From: Myxococcota bacterium | Lineage (GTDB): Bacteria; Myxococcota_A; UBA9160; JAFDDA01 | DNA: 64,000 bases | Reading direction: 5' to 3' | NCBI GenBank assembly: GCA_965228475.1 | Contig: OZ245817.1 | Span: forward strand, 864,001-928,000 | Part shown: positions 19,127 to 28,710 of the stretch, one piece after another | Numbering within the stretch: position 1 is the stretch's first letter | Layout: every line of letters starts with the position of its first letter | The notes under the pieces: model-generated | What the model saw: the letters and a program-made list of their open reading frames with translations, nothing else | What the model was told of the DNA's origin: nothing | Database searches by the model: none | Program-made: the position numbers and the translations under genes

Positions 19127-19897
19127 ATGAAGAAGCTCTTCTCCCTGGACGGCAAGGTCGCCGTCGTGACCGGCGGCACCCGCGGCATCGGCCTGATGAT
19201 GGCGCGCGGCCTGGTGAGCCACGGCGCCAAGGTCTACGTGGCCTCGCGCAAGGCCGAGGCCTGCGAAGCCGCCGCGAAGGAACTCTCCCAGGACGGAACG
19301 GCCATCGGCATTCCGGCGAGCCTCGGGACGGACGAAGGCTGCCGTGCGCTCGCCGCCGAGATCGCGGAGCGCGAGCCCGCCGTCCACATCCTGGTGAACA
19401 ATGCCGGGGCCAACTGGGGCGCGCCGATGGCCGAGTACCCGGACGAAGCCTGGGACAAGGTTCTCGCGCTGAACGTGAAGGGCGTCTTCCACCTGACCCG
19501 CGCCCTGCGCCCGCAGCTCGAGGCTGCCGCGACGGCGGAGGACCCGGCCCGGGTGATCAACGTCGGCTCGATCGACGGCATCCAGGTTCCGGCGATGGAG
19601 ACCTGGGCGTACTCCTCGAGCAAGGCGGCCGTGCACCACCTGACGAAGACCCTCGGCAAGCACCTCGCGGCGAGCCACATCACGGTCAACGCCGTGGCGC
19701 CGGGGCCCTTCGAGAGCAAGATGATGGCGGCGACGCTCGACAACTTCGGCGACGCGATCGTGGCGAGCTGCCCGATGGGCCGCATCGGCACGCCCGAGGA
19801 CATGGCCGGCGTCGCGGTCTACCTCGCTTCGCGCGCCGGCGCCTACGTCACGGGCGCGGTGATCCCCGTCGACGGCGGCATCGCGACGCTCCGCTAG
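19127..19897 (+). CDS. SDR family oxidoreductase (RhlG-like)
   Basis: TGGTRGIG, NNAG, YSSSK and VNAVAPG motifs. Confidence 0.93.
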   Translation: MKKLFSLDGKVAVVTGGTRGIGLMMARGLVSHGAKVYVASRKAEACEAAAKELSQDGTAIGIPASLGTDEGCRALAAEIAEREPAVHILVNNAGANWGAPMAEYPDEAWDKVLALNVKGVFHLTRALRPQLEAAATAEDPARVINVGSIDGIQVPAMETWAYSSSKAAVHHLTKTLGKHLAASHITVNAVAPGPFESKMMAATLDNFGDAIVASCPMGRIGTPEDMAGVAVYLASRAGAYVTGAVIPVDGGIATLR

Positions 19898-19905
19898 CCC
19901 GCCGC

Positions 19906-20655
19906 TCAGTCGAACAGCGGCCAGAGGACGAGCCGCAGGGCGATCAGCGTGAGGACGCTCTTGTAAAGCTGCTTGAAGGTCTCCTCGGGGACGCGGTCGA
20001 GCATGCGGCTGCCGAACCAGGTGCCGGCCACGACCGCGAGGCAGAGCAAGGCGAGCGGGAACGCCCACTCGAGGTAGGCGAAGCCGGCGATCCCGAACAC
20101 CACGAGCTTCGCGAGGTGGCCGAGGAGCTGGCAGGCCGCCTTGGTTCCGACGAGCGCCTGGCGGGTGAGGCCGAGGTTCAGGAAGAAGGGCGCGATCAGC
20201 GGGCCCGTCGCGCCGAGCGTCACGTTGAGGAACCCGACCACGCCGCCGAGCAGGAAGAAGCGGCGGTTCTTGTCGATGCGGTCCGGGTGGCTTCCGAGCA
20301 GCAGGAGACCGGGGGCCCAGGTCGCGAACAGGACGAACACGCCGATCAGCACGCGCGTGGCGTCCGGTGGGAGCTGGCGCGCGAGCCACAGCCCGGCGAA
20401 GCCCATGGGCAGCAGCAGGAGCCCGTACCGCAGGGCGATCTCGTGGTCGATGTGCTTGCGCTGCACGATCGCGCGCGATCCGTTCGAGACGATCTGCACG
20501 ACACCGTGGAGCGGGATCGCGACCAGCGGCTCCAGGTAGAAGAGCATGATCGTGAGCAGCGTGATGCCGCCGGCCATGCCGAGGATGGCCGAGAGGATCG
20601 ACGTCGCGAAGGCCGCTGCGACGAGGATCCCGAGGTCGAGGGCCTCGAAGCTCAG
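19906..20655 (-). CDS. TauE/SafE sulfite exporter family membrane protein (probable CTG start)
   Basis: ILSAILGMAGGITLL and GATGPLIAPF motifs. The first TM lies upstream of the first ATG (20577); GAGG lies 7 nt before CTG 20655. Confidence 0.8.
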   Translation of the reverse strand: MSFEALDLGILVAAAFATSILSAILGMAGGITLLTIMLFYLEPLVAIPLHGVVQIVSNGSRAIVQRKHIDHEIALRYGLLLLPMGFAGLWLARQLPPDATRVLIGVFVLFATWAPGLLLLGSHPDRIDKNRRFFLLGGVVGFLNVTLGATGPLIAPFFLNLGLTRQALVGTKAACQLLGHLAKLVVFGIAGFAYLEWAFPLALLCLAVVAGTWFGSRMLDRVPEETFKQLYKSVLTLIALRLVLWPLFD

Positions 20656-20667
20656 CGCGTCGCCTCG

Positions 20668-22920
20668 CTAGCTCTCATGCAGCTTCAACGCCTTGCGGTT
20701 CGCGATCCACTCGAGCAGCTCGTGGACCGCGGGGACGTCCGGCAGCCGGTGGCTCGCGGCCGTCAGGTCCTGGGCCGAGCCGACGCGGAAGGTGATGGCG
20801 AGCCCCTCGAGCAGGCGGAAGGCGTCCTCGTCCGTGTGGTCGTCGCCGACGTAGACCACGCGCACGCGCTCGCTCCAGGCCGGCCCGTAGCGGGAGCGCA
20901 GGATGTGCAGCACCGCACGCCCCTTGTCCCAGCCGATCGGCGGGCGGGCCTCGACCGCCATCTTGGCGTCGCGGGCCTGGAAGCCGAAGTCGTTGATCAG
21001 GCGGCGCGCTTCCTCGATCGCGCGTTCGTGATCCTCGGCCCGGGCCTGGCGGAAGTGGAAGGTCGCCGTATGGCCCTTCTCTTCGACCCAGGCGCCCTGG
21101 GGCGCGGCCTCGGCCAGGGCCTGCACGAGCTCCGGGAGCCGGCTCTGGTAGTGGGGGAGGTCTTCGTGGAGGAACGCGTCGATCTCCGGGCCCTCGATCT
21201 CGAGGCCGTGGTTCGCGGCGTAGGTCACGTCGCTCCGCCCGATCAGCTTGCGCACGTCGTCGAGCCCGCGGCCGGAGACGAAGGAGACGTCCGTGTCCTC
21301 CCGCGTGGCGCAGGCGTCGATGCCGTCGCGCGCCCGGTCGGAGAGCAGGGCGTCCGAGGGGTGGTCGACGATCGGGGTCAGCGTTCCGTCGTAGTCGAGG
21401 AAGAGGGCGAGCCGGTAGCGCGCCAGGTAGTGGCCGAGCCAGGCCTCGAAGTCGCTGCCGAGCGGCGTCGGCAGGGCTTCGCGCTCGCTCTCCGCGCTCT
21501 CGAGGAAGCCGCTCACCCAGTAGCCGACGTCGTAGCGGCGCTCGCGCCGGCGGAGCGACGCCATCCGTGAGGCCCGCTCGTCCTCCTGCATCGTGAGCGC
21601 GCGGTGGATCGTCTCGGCGGTCTCGTCGAGGCTGTAGGGGTTCACGGCCAGGGCCTCGCGCATGGTCTCGCTCGCCCCGGCGAGGTTCGAGATGACCAGC
21701 ACGCCCGGGTCGGACACCTGGCAGGCCGCGTACTCCTTCGCCACGAGGTTCATGCCGTCGCGCAGGGGCGTCACGAGGGCGACGTCGGCGTCGCGATAGA
21801 GCGCGACGAGCCGCTCCTTCGGGATCGAGCGGTAGAGGTACCGGATGGGCGACCAGGTCGAGGTCGCGAAGCGGCCGTTGATGCGTCCGACGAGCTCGTC
21901 GATCTCGCGCTTGAGGGAGCGGTACTCGCTCACCTGGGCCCGGCTCGGAACCGCGACCTGCAGCAGCACGACCTTCTCGCGGTGTTTCGGGTAGAGCTCG
22001 AGCAGCCGCTCGAAGGCCCGGAAGCGCTCCGGAATCCCCTTGGTGTAGTCGAGGCGGTCCACGCCGAGCACGATGCGCTGCGCCTCGGCCTCCTCGGGCC
22101 GGGCGGCGGCGCGGGCCTCGCGCTCGAAGTCGTCGAAGTCGATGCCGATCGGGAAGACGCCGACCTGGACCGTGCGATCCCCCCAGCCGATGCGCAGGGT
22201 GCGGCGGTCGACCCGGGCGCCGAGCTGGCGCTCGACGCAGTCGAGGAAGTTCTGGGCGTAGCCGTTCACGTGGAAGCCGATCAGGTCCGCCGAGAGCAGG
22301 CCGCGCAGGATCTCGCGGTCCCAGGGCAGGAGGCGGAAGACGTCGTAGGGCGGGAAGGGGATGTGGAGGAAGAAGCCGATGCGCGCGTTCTCCCGCGCGC
22401 GGCGCAGGAAACTCGGGACGAGCATCAGGTGGTAGTCGTGGATCCAGACGAGGTCCCGGTCTTCACCGTGCGCGCCGGCGACCGCGGCGAAGCGTTCGTT
22501 CACGCGCCGGTAGGTGTCCCAGTCGCGCCGGTCGAAGGCCGCGCGCTCGTGCAGGGAGTGGAAGAGCGGCCAGAGCGTCCGGTTCGAGAAGCCGTGGTAG
22601 TAGCGGTTGACCTCGGTCTCGCTGAGCGGAATCGGCGCGACCTCGTACGCCTCCTCCCCGCTCTCCCCGAGCGGTGAGAAGTCTTCGCCCTTGCGCAGCG
22701 CGATGCCGGGCCAGCCGACCCAGGTGCCGCCGCGTTCCCGCAGCACGGGCCCGAGGGCGCTCACGAGGCCGCCCGAGGAGGGCCTCTTCTCGAGGCCCGC
22801 GGCGCTGCGCTGCACGGTGAAGGGGAGCCGATTGCTGGCGATCAGGATCCGCCGCTCGCTGGGCGAGCTTCCGGCGGTGTGGGGTAGGGGTTCGCTGCGC
22901 GGGTCGCGGGAGTCGGGCAC
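20668..22920 (-). CDS. otsAB: Bifunctional trehalose-6-phosphate synthase/phosphatase (OtsA-OtsB fusion)
   Basis: SNRLP, GGLVSAL, WIHDYHL, VDRLDYTKG and DGMNLVAKEY, followed by HAD motifs FLDYDGTL and GDDHTDEDAF. Confidence 0.95.
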   Translation of the reverse strand: MPDSRDPRSEPLPHTAGSSPSERRILIASNRLPFTVQRSAAGLEKRPSSGGLVSALGPVLRERGGTWVGWPGIALRKGEDFSPLGESGEEAYEVAPIPLSETEVNRYYHGFSNRTLWPLFHSLHERAAFDRRDWDTYRRVNERFAAVAGAHGEDRDLVWIHDYHLMLVPSFLRRARENARIGFFLHIPFPPYDVFRLLPWDREILRGLLSADLIGFHVNGYAQNFLDCVERQLGARVDRRTLRIGWGDRTVQVGVFPIGIDFDDFEREARAAARPEEAEAQRIVLGVDRLDYTKGIPERFRAFERLLELYPKHREKVVLLQVAVPSRAQVSEYRSLKREIDELVGRINGRFATSTWSPIRYLYRSIPKERLVALYRDADVALVTPLRDGMNLVAKEYAACQVSDPGVLVISNLAGASETMREALAVNPYSLDETAETIHRALTMQEDERASRMASLRRRERRYDVGYWVSGFLESAESEREALPTPLGSDFEAWLGHYLARYRLALFLDYDGTLTPIVDHPSDALLSDRARDGIDACATREDTDVSFVSGRGLDDVRKLIGRSDVTYAANHGLEIEGPEIDAFLHEDLPHYQSRLPELVQALAEAAPQGAWVEEKGHTATFHFRQARAEDHERAIEEARRLINDFGFQARDAKMAVEARPPIGWDKGRAVLHILRSRYGPAWSERVRVVYVGDDHTDEDAFRLLEGLAITFRVGSAQDLTAASHRLPDVPAVHELLEWIANRKALKLHES

Positions 22921-22977
22921 GGGGCGCGAGCTTAGCGGCCGGGGGCGCGGACCACCCCCGGCCGCCCGCTCGGCGCG

Positions 22978-23625
22978 TTACATCGAAGCGAAGATCTGCT
23001 TCTCCTGTTCGATGCAGGTCTTGAACGAGGGCCGCGCATGGATCGCCTCGACGTAGGCGGCGAGCTTCGGCCAGCGCCCGGCATCGAGGCTCTCGCCGGC
23101 GTGGACGAGCCCCGCGAACTGGGCGCCCACCGCGATGTCGGCGATGCCGAAGCGGCTGACCAGGCTCTCTGCGCCCTCCGCGAGACGGCTCTCGAGGTGG
23201 TCGAAGAGCGGCGGCTGGGTCTCGGCGATGGCCTTGGCCACGACCGCTTCGTCCGGCTCCTGCTTGAAGATGAACTTCTGCACGACGCGCTGGAAGAACA
23301 CCTGGCCGATCGCCTCCGCGAGCTTCGAGTCCGCGAACTCCTCGAGGAAGAGCGCGGTCGCGTACTCCTTCGGGTCGCTCGGGTAGAGCGCCGGTTCGGG
23401 ATGCGTTCGCTCGAGGTAGGCGCAGATCACCGAGGAGTCCGGCACGGCGAAGCCGTCGTCCTCGAGGCACGGGATCTTCCCGAGCGGGCTGATGGCCAGG
23501 TACTCCGGCGCCGGGTTGAACGGCTGCTGCATCTTGAGCTCGTAGGGCACGTTCTTCTCGGCGAGGAAGACGCGCGTCTTGCGGACGAAGGGAGACGGAG
23601 GAACGCCGTGGATCACGAGGGACAT
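22978..23625 (-). CDS. Glutathione S-transferase family protein
   Basis: SPFVRK, ISPLGKIP, DSSVICAYL and FGIADI motifs; GGAG RBS. Confidence 0.92.
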   Translation of the reverse strand: MSLVIHGVPPSPFVRKTRVFLAEKNVPYELKMQQPFNPAPEYLAISPLGKIPCLEDDGFAVPDSSVICAYLERTHPEPALYPSDPKEYATALFLEEFADSKLAEAIGQVFFQRVVQKFIFKQEPDEAVVAKAIAETQPPLFDHLESRLAEGAESLVSRFGIADIAVGAQFAGLVHAGESLDAGRWPKLAAYVEAIHARPSFKTCIEQEKQIFASM

Positions 23626-23635
23626 GGGGACTCCT

Positions 23636-24349
23636 TCATTGGCTGGGGGGTTCGGGCGCTTCGCTCTCGGTGGACGCGAGGCCCAGCCGCCTGCGGTCCA
23701 GATCGAACAGGTCCGGGAGGCGAGCGGCCGCATCGGCGTCGCCTTCCAGTTGGATGCTTCCCTCGGCGAGGGCGTCACGGACGTCGAAGTGGCCGAGCAG
23801 GGCGGACATCAGCGTGGCCGGGCCCAGGCGGAGCTCGGCCTCGACGGGCTCTTCCGCCAGGTTCTCGACGCTCGTACCGTCCTCGCCCCCGCGCACGGTG
23901 ACGGTGATCTCCTCGCCGCATTCACCGGCGATCCGCAGGCGCAGGCCGACCTCGGGCGAGGGTTCCCAGCGCTTGAAGAGGACGAGGGCCATCCGGGCCC
24001 AGGCGGCCTCGATCTGATCGCCGGGCTGCGGGGGCTCCATGAAGCGGGTGCCGAAGCGGCCGAGCTCCTGCATCACGGGCTGGAGGGCCTGGCCGGCCGC
24101 CGTGAGCTCGTAGACGGTGGCCGGCGCCGGAGGCGGGAGCTCCCGCTGGCGGATCACGCCGTGTCCCGAGAGCTCTTCGAGACGCTGGGTCAGCGTGCTG
24201 GTGCTGATGCCCTTCAGGCCCGCCTTCAGGTCGCTGAAACGCTGGGGGCCGAAGGCCAGATTCCGCAGGACGAGCAGCGCCCAGCGCGGGGCCAGGATCT
24301 CCGCCGCGCGGGCGAACGGGCAGAACTGCGGATAGCGGAAGTCGCCCAT
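23636..24349 (-). CDS. HxlR-family winged-HTH regulator with C-terminal SCP2-like domain
   Basis: YPQFCPFARAAEIL..RWALLVLRNL..GPQRFSDL and VYELT..G motifs; SCP2-like tail (DALAEGSIQLEGD). Confidence 0.88.
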   Translation of the reverse strand: MGDFRYPQFCPFARAAEILAPRWALLVLRNLAFGPQRFSDLKAGLKGISTSTLTQRLEELSGHGVIRQRELPPPAPATVYELTAAGQALQPVMQELGRFGTRFMEPPQPGDQIEAAWARMALVLFKRWEPSPEVGLRLRIAGECGEEITVTVRGGEDGTSVENLAEEPVEAELRLGPATLMSALLGHFDVRDALAEGSIQLEGDADAAARLPDLFDLDRRRLGLASTESEAPEPPSQ

Positions 24350-24371
24350 CGATTCCGACCATCGCACTTCG

Positions 24372-24411
24372 AGGTTCGAAAATCAAACTAGAAAGTCTGA
24401 AATATTTCAGA
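24372..24411. promoter_or_regulatory. AT-rich operator/promoter region with a perfect 16-bp palindrome
   Basis: TCTGAAATATTTCAGA at 24396-24411 and an imperfect inverted repeat aggttcga-aaa-tcaaacta at 24372-24390, upstream of the HxlR gene. Confidence 0.55.
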
Positions 24412-24418
24412 AGCGTTT

Positions 24419-25045
24419 TCAGGAGCTTGAACGGCCCCTGGCCATGTGCTCCACCAGGAGGTCCGCCAGCCACTCCCGGAACCGTGGCTCCGCGCCGGGG
24501 CCATCGAGGCCCACGCTGGCCCGGAACACGTCGCCGAGGAGCGCGTCGGCGAAGGCGGAGAGGGCGATCAGGGTCACGAGGTGGGCCGTGTCCTCGGCCT
24601 CGGGCGGGGCGTCCCCGGATTCGGCCGCGTTCGCCTCGCGCCGTGCGTGGGAGACCTCGACGAGGTCGGCGAGGACCCGGGGCCCTCCCGCCTCGAGCCG
24701 GTCCGTCAGGGCCAGCCAGGCCAGGAGCCGAGCCTGCCCTCCCTCCGCCAGGGCCTGCCGCACCCGCTCGAGGATCTCGTCGAGGCTGCTCGCGCCCTCG
24801 GCGATGCGTTCGGTCAGCTCGGCGTTCAGCTCGCGGGCGCTGTGGCCGGCCAGCTCCCGGAGGAGGCCTTCCCGGCTTCCGAAGTGATGGAGGATGGCCG
24901 GGTGGGAGATGCCGAGGTCGGCCGCGATCTCCTGCAGACGGAGCCCGTCGGGTCCCCCTTGCGAGAGCCGCTTCCGGGCGGCCTCGAGGATCCGGCGGCG
25001 GGCCTCCTCGGCCGGGTAGCGTTTGCGCGGGGCGGGTTCGGGCAC
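24419..25045 (-). CDS. TetR/AcrR family transcriptional regulator
   Basis: RRRILEAA...GPDGLRLQEIAADLGISHPAILHHFGSREGL helix-turn-helix. Confidence 0.93.
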   Translation of the reverse strand: MPEPAPRKRYPAEEARRRILEAARKRLSQGGPDGLRLQEIAADLGISHPAILHHFGSREGLLRELAGHSARELNAELTERIAEGASSLDEILERVRQALAEGGQARLLAWLALTDRLEAGGPRVLADLVEVSHARREANAAESGDAPPEAEDTAHLVTLIALSAFADALLGDVFRASVGLDGPGAEPRFREWLADLLVEHMARGRSSS

Positions 25046-25050
25046 GGGCT

Positions 25051-25077
25051 GTTATTTACAGAATTGTCAGTTAAGCT
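25051..25077. promoter_or_regulatory. Putative TetR operator and divergent promoter
   Basis: AT-rich gttatTTACAgaatTGTCAgttaagct (imperfect inverted repeat plus TAAGCT -10-like hexamer) between divergent tetR and coq4. Confidence 0.5.
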
Positions 25078-25131
25078 ACCAGGCGTGGCGCCCATGCGCC
25101 CTCCGAACGCGCCCCGTGGAAGGAGTCCCTG

Positions 25132-25842
25132 ATGGCGAAGCGCGAACGCGATCGCATTCGGCCCCTGGAGGCCCTCCGGGCCCTGCGAACCCTCTCGAAG
25201 AACCCCGACGATACGGCCCAGGTCTTCCGCGTCCTGCGCGCGCTGCCGAGCGGCGACCGGGTGTATCGACGCTTTCGCCGGACCCCGTCCGGGGAGCGCC
25301 TGCTGCGCGAGAAACCCGACCTGCTCGCGACCCTGAGCAACCGCGAGCGCCTGCTCGCGATGCCGCCGGGAAGCCTCGGGCGCACCTACGCCGAGTTCGT
25401 GACCGCGGAGCAGATCTCCGCCGACGGCCTCGTGGAAGCGAGCGTCACGGGGGCGGACCCGGACCGCTTCCTCGACGCGGATCATCGCTACGTCGGGGAG
25501 CGGCTGCGCGACATGCACGACCTCTGGCACGTGGTCACCGGCTACGGCCGGGACCTCCTCGGGGAGGCCGCACTGCTCGCGTTCACCTTCGCCCAGACCC
25601 GGACCCTCGGGATCGGCGCCATCGTCGGCCACGCGCTCTGGCTGGCCCGGGGCGACTTCGCGCCGGCCCGCCCGATCATCTGGCAGGGCCTCCGCCGCGG
25701 CTGGAAGGCCGAGTGGCTCCCCGACCAGGAGTGGGAGTACCTCCTCCCGCTGCCGCTCGAGGCCGTTCGGGCGCAGCTCCGGGTCGGGCCGCTGCCGGAC
25801 TACACCCAGCTTCGCTCCGAGGGCGCTCCCGCGGTCGGCTGA
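25132..25842 (+). CDS. Coq4 family protein
   Basis: PPGSLGRTY and HDLWHVVTGY...GE (HDxxH-x11-E zinc motif); AAGGAG RBS. Confidence 0.88.
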   Translation: MAKRERDRIRPLEALRALRTLSKNPDDTAQVFRVLRALPSGDRVYRRFRRTPSGERLLREKPDLLATLSNRERLLAMPPGSLGRTYAEFVTAEQISADGLVEASVTGADPDRFLDADHRYVGERLRDMHDLWHVVTGYGRDLLGEAALLAFTFAQTRTLGIGAIVGHALWLARGDFAPARPIIWQGLRRGWKAEWLPDQEWEYLLPLPLEAVRAQLRVGPLPDYTQLRSEGAPAVG

Positions 25843-25952
25843 GCCCGAAAACAGCGCTTGTCCCGGCCGCCCGGAGGGGAGAGACTGGGCGGGTGGAAAA
25901 GGCCGGACTCTGGGTCCGTCGTCTCGAGGAAACCCGTCCGGAGGGAGCACCC

Positions 25953-28679
25953 GTGCACCAGCCGCCCGTCCAGAGGCTCGACCGAGGCCGCCGCCTGTTC
26001 GCCGCGATCGCGGCGGCACTCCTGACCGGGTGCCTCGAAGACCTCCCCGAGGTGCCCGCCATCGAGCGCGACGTCGCCCGGACCGAGATCCGCGACGGCG
26101 GCGTCCACTACTCGGCTCCCCAGATCGCGCCCCATCGCACGAGTGCCGACGGCCGCGTCGGTGTGCAGGTCCAGGGCGGCGCGCCCGTCGTGAACTTCTT
26201 CCTGTTCGTGCCCGAGAAGCTCGAGGCCGCCGTGCTCGAGGAGGCGCCCGGCCCGAAGATCCTCTCGGCGCCCCATCCGCTCTCGCTCCCGTTCCCGCCC
26301 GTCGGTTTCGAATACCCCGACGACGGCATCGACTACACCCGCAACCCCGATCGCATCACCGGCCATCACTCCCTGTGCGATCCGACGACGGAGTTCCCGA
26401 GCGAGGGCGAGCGCACGAACCCCTACCCGTGCGAGAGCGACCCGACGCGCGACTGCTACGACCTCGTGCTCGTGAACAACACCGCCCACGTCGACGGCGC
26501 GCGGCTGTGGGGCACGCCGGTGCACGTCGAGGTGGCGAACCCGAAGACGCCCGAGGCGACGCTCGCCAAGGTCGAACTCGGCGAGCTCGTCGCCGGCGCC
26601 TTCCTGCCCGGCTCGCCGGAGTGGACGGAGCCGATGGTCACGCGCGACGGGCGGCTCCTCACCGGGCGCATCGGGATCGTGCCGCTTCGTGAGTGGACCA
26701 ATCCCGAGACCGGCGAGGTGCGCGAAGACCTCTACGACATCATGTACTCCCAGCTCCCGGACGACGCCGAGCCCTGCGACGTCACCGGCTGGCAGGACTT
26801 CCACCCGATCTCCCACGCGCCCTACGACCCGCGCATGATCGGACGCTACGGCATCGCCGCCTATCCGTTCCGCGACGCCGAGGGCAACCTCATCCCGGAC
26901 GGCATGGACATCGGCGGCAGCTACCCCTGGGTGGACGAGAACGGCGCGAACCTCTTCCTCACTGCGGTCCCCGAGCGTCTCGCCGACCAGCCGGCCTGGG
27001 TCTTTCCGGACCGCTGCGTCGTCCCGGGCTGCCGCCAGGAGCCGCGCTTCGTCGAGCCCCAGAGCCACGACATCGGCTTCGCCATGGCCGGGCTCTGGAC
27101 GCACGGGAAGATGGTCATGCTCGACGGGCTCGTGAACCACACCGACTGGCAGCTGCCGATCGATCCGGACGGCCATCGCAACGTCCTGCTCTACCGCACG
27201 CGCGAGGATCCGGCGGAGGGCGTGGAGGTGCGCATCGGCTCCGGGCGCGCGACCGGACGCCAGGTTCCCCTCGGCTGGTCCGGCAACCCGAACATCCTCC
27301 ACTCGATCGAGAACCTCTTCAACCACCAGGGCAATCTGCACACGCTCACCCCGCGCGACGTCGTCTGGGTGATGAGCACGGGCGTCTCCACCGACGAGGT
27401 CGCCTTCGACGACTTCCTGCACCCGGACGGGTTCATCGTCTCGAACATGATGGCTTCGATCACGCGCGAGTTCTATCTGCTGAACGGCGTCGGGCTCGAC
27501 GGGTTCGCGGCCTTCCTCCGCTATCACAACGGCAAGGAGTGGTCGCAGCCGCGGGTCTACTCGCGCGACATCCACCTCCAGAACGCGGCCACCGCCCTGC
27601 CGGGGCGCTGGACCCTTCCGACCCACGGACACGTCGAAGCGGAGACCGGCCGCCTCGAGCCGGCGGCCCTCGGCGGCATCCGCGGCAAGGGCTTCTGGCT
27701 GAACGGCGAGAACCGCGTGGACTACGACATCCCCGCCCAGCCGCGCGACGTGCGCGACCACGACTGGTACGTCGGGATCTTCGTCGATCCGCGCGTGCCC
27801 GAAGGCTCCCTGCGCGAACTCCTGCGCTTCCCGGACGGCACCGCGGTGTGGCTGCTCGGGAGCACGCAGCTGCAGTACCGGGCCGATGGCGCCGTCCTCC
27901 ACACGATCGTGCTGCCGGAGCCCGCGGGCGATTCCGGCTGGATCCATCTCGGCTGGAACCTGCGCGACGAGAACCGCGACGTGCACTTCTTCCACGACGG
28001 CTACGCCTTCGACCGCTTCACCTCGGAGCGTTCGCTCTTCGTGCTCGAGCCGGGCGTGCTGCGGATCGGAAACGGGGACGACCCGGCGGAGGGCTTCCGC
28101 GGCTGGATCGACGACTTCAAGATCTTCGCCCAGACCTCGACGCGAGAGATCGCCTGCAACCACGCCTACGGCACGCTCATTGGGATTGCGGGCGAAGGCC
28201 CGTGGAGCGACGTCGCCGGCCGCTACCCGGCGGCGGAGCACGAGGCGCTCTCGGCGATCCTGGCGGGGTACGAGCGGCCCGGGTTCGAGCGCTACGCCTG
28301 CTACCACGACCACGGCGGTGACCAGACCGCCCACGCGCGCAACGTCCCGGCCGAGGCCGAAGGGATCCGGGAGGCGCTGAACTTCCCGGAGGGGCCGCTC
28401 CGGCACGGCGTGCCGCGGCCCGATTCGAGCGCGAACGCCTTCTGTCTCTCGTGCCACCACGCGGGAGGCGTGATGGGGCTCGGGCTCGATGCGCTCACGT
28501 ACCGGCCCGAGTGGACGGCCGAGACCGATCCGCGCCGCCAGCCGCTCCAGGCGCTGCGCCGCGTGTTCGGCAACGTCCCGGCGGGCTGGATCCCGGCCGG
28601 GGACGGTGCGGGAAGCCCGGCCGAGGCAACCCAGGCGCCGCCCGAAGGGCTGCTCGTCGACCCCTGGGTCCTGCCCTAG
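25953..28679 (+). CDS. Large lipoprotein (908 aa) with LamG-like domain and single C-terminal CxxCH heme motif; function unknown
   Basis: GGAG RBS before GTG 25953; signal peptide ending LLTGC; LamG-like FRGWIDDFKIF; CLSCH at 28443-28457. Confidence 0.75.
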   Translation: MHQPPVQRLDRGRRLFAAIAAALLTGCLEDLPEVPAIERDVARTEIRDGGVHYSAPQIAPHRTSADGRVGVQVQGGAPVVNFFLFVPEKLEAAVLEEAPGPKILSAPHPLSLPFPPVGFEYPDDGIDYTRNPDRITGHHSLCDPTTEFPSEGERTNPYPCESDPTRDCYDLVLVNNTAHVDGARLWGTPVHVEVANPKTPEATLAKVELGELVAGAFLPGSPEWTEPMVTRDGRLLTGRIGIVPLREWTNPETGEVREDLYDIMYSQLPDDAEPCDVTGWQDFHPISHAPYDPRMIGRYGIAAYPFRDAEGNLIPDGMDIGGSYPWVDENGANLFLTAVPERLADQPAWVFPDRCVVPGCRQEPRFVEPQSHDIGFAMAGLWTHGKMVMLDGLVNHTDWQLPIDPDGHRNVLLYRTREDPAEGVEVRIGSGRATGRQVPLGWSGNPNILHSIENLFNHQGNLHTLTPRDVVWVMSTGVSTDEVAFDDFLHPDGFIVSNMMASITREFYLLNGVGLDGFAAFLRYHNGKEWSQPRVYSRDIHLQNAATALPGRWTLPTHGHVEAETGRLEPAALGGIRGKGFWLNGENRVDYDIPAQPRDVRDHDWYVGIFVDPRVPEGSLRELLRFPDGTAVWLLGSTQLQYRADGAVLHTIVLPEPAGDSGWIHLGWNLRDENRDVHFFHDGYAFDRFTSERSLFVLEPGVLRIGNGDDPAEGFRGWIDDFKIFAQTSTREIACNHAYGTLIGIAGEGPWSDVAGRYPAAEHEALSAILAGYERPGFERYACYHDHGGDQTAHARNVPAEAEGIREALNFPEGPLRHGVPRPDSSANAFCLSCHHAGGVMGLGLDALTYRPEWTAETDPRRQPLQALRRVFGNVPAGWIPAGDGAGSPAEATQAPPEGLLVDPWVLP

Positions 28680-28710
28680 CGAGCGGGCAACGCCCCGGGG
28701 TGGGCTTCGC

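Noticed and set aside
19906..22920. OtsAB-TauE fusion by TAG readthrough or pyrrolysine
   Set aside because: No pyl genes or readthrough signal seen; an RBS-preceded CTG explains the frame more simply.
20668..22920. Fused TPS/TPP as a novelty
   Set aside because: OtsA-OtsB fusions are well known in several bacterial phyla.
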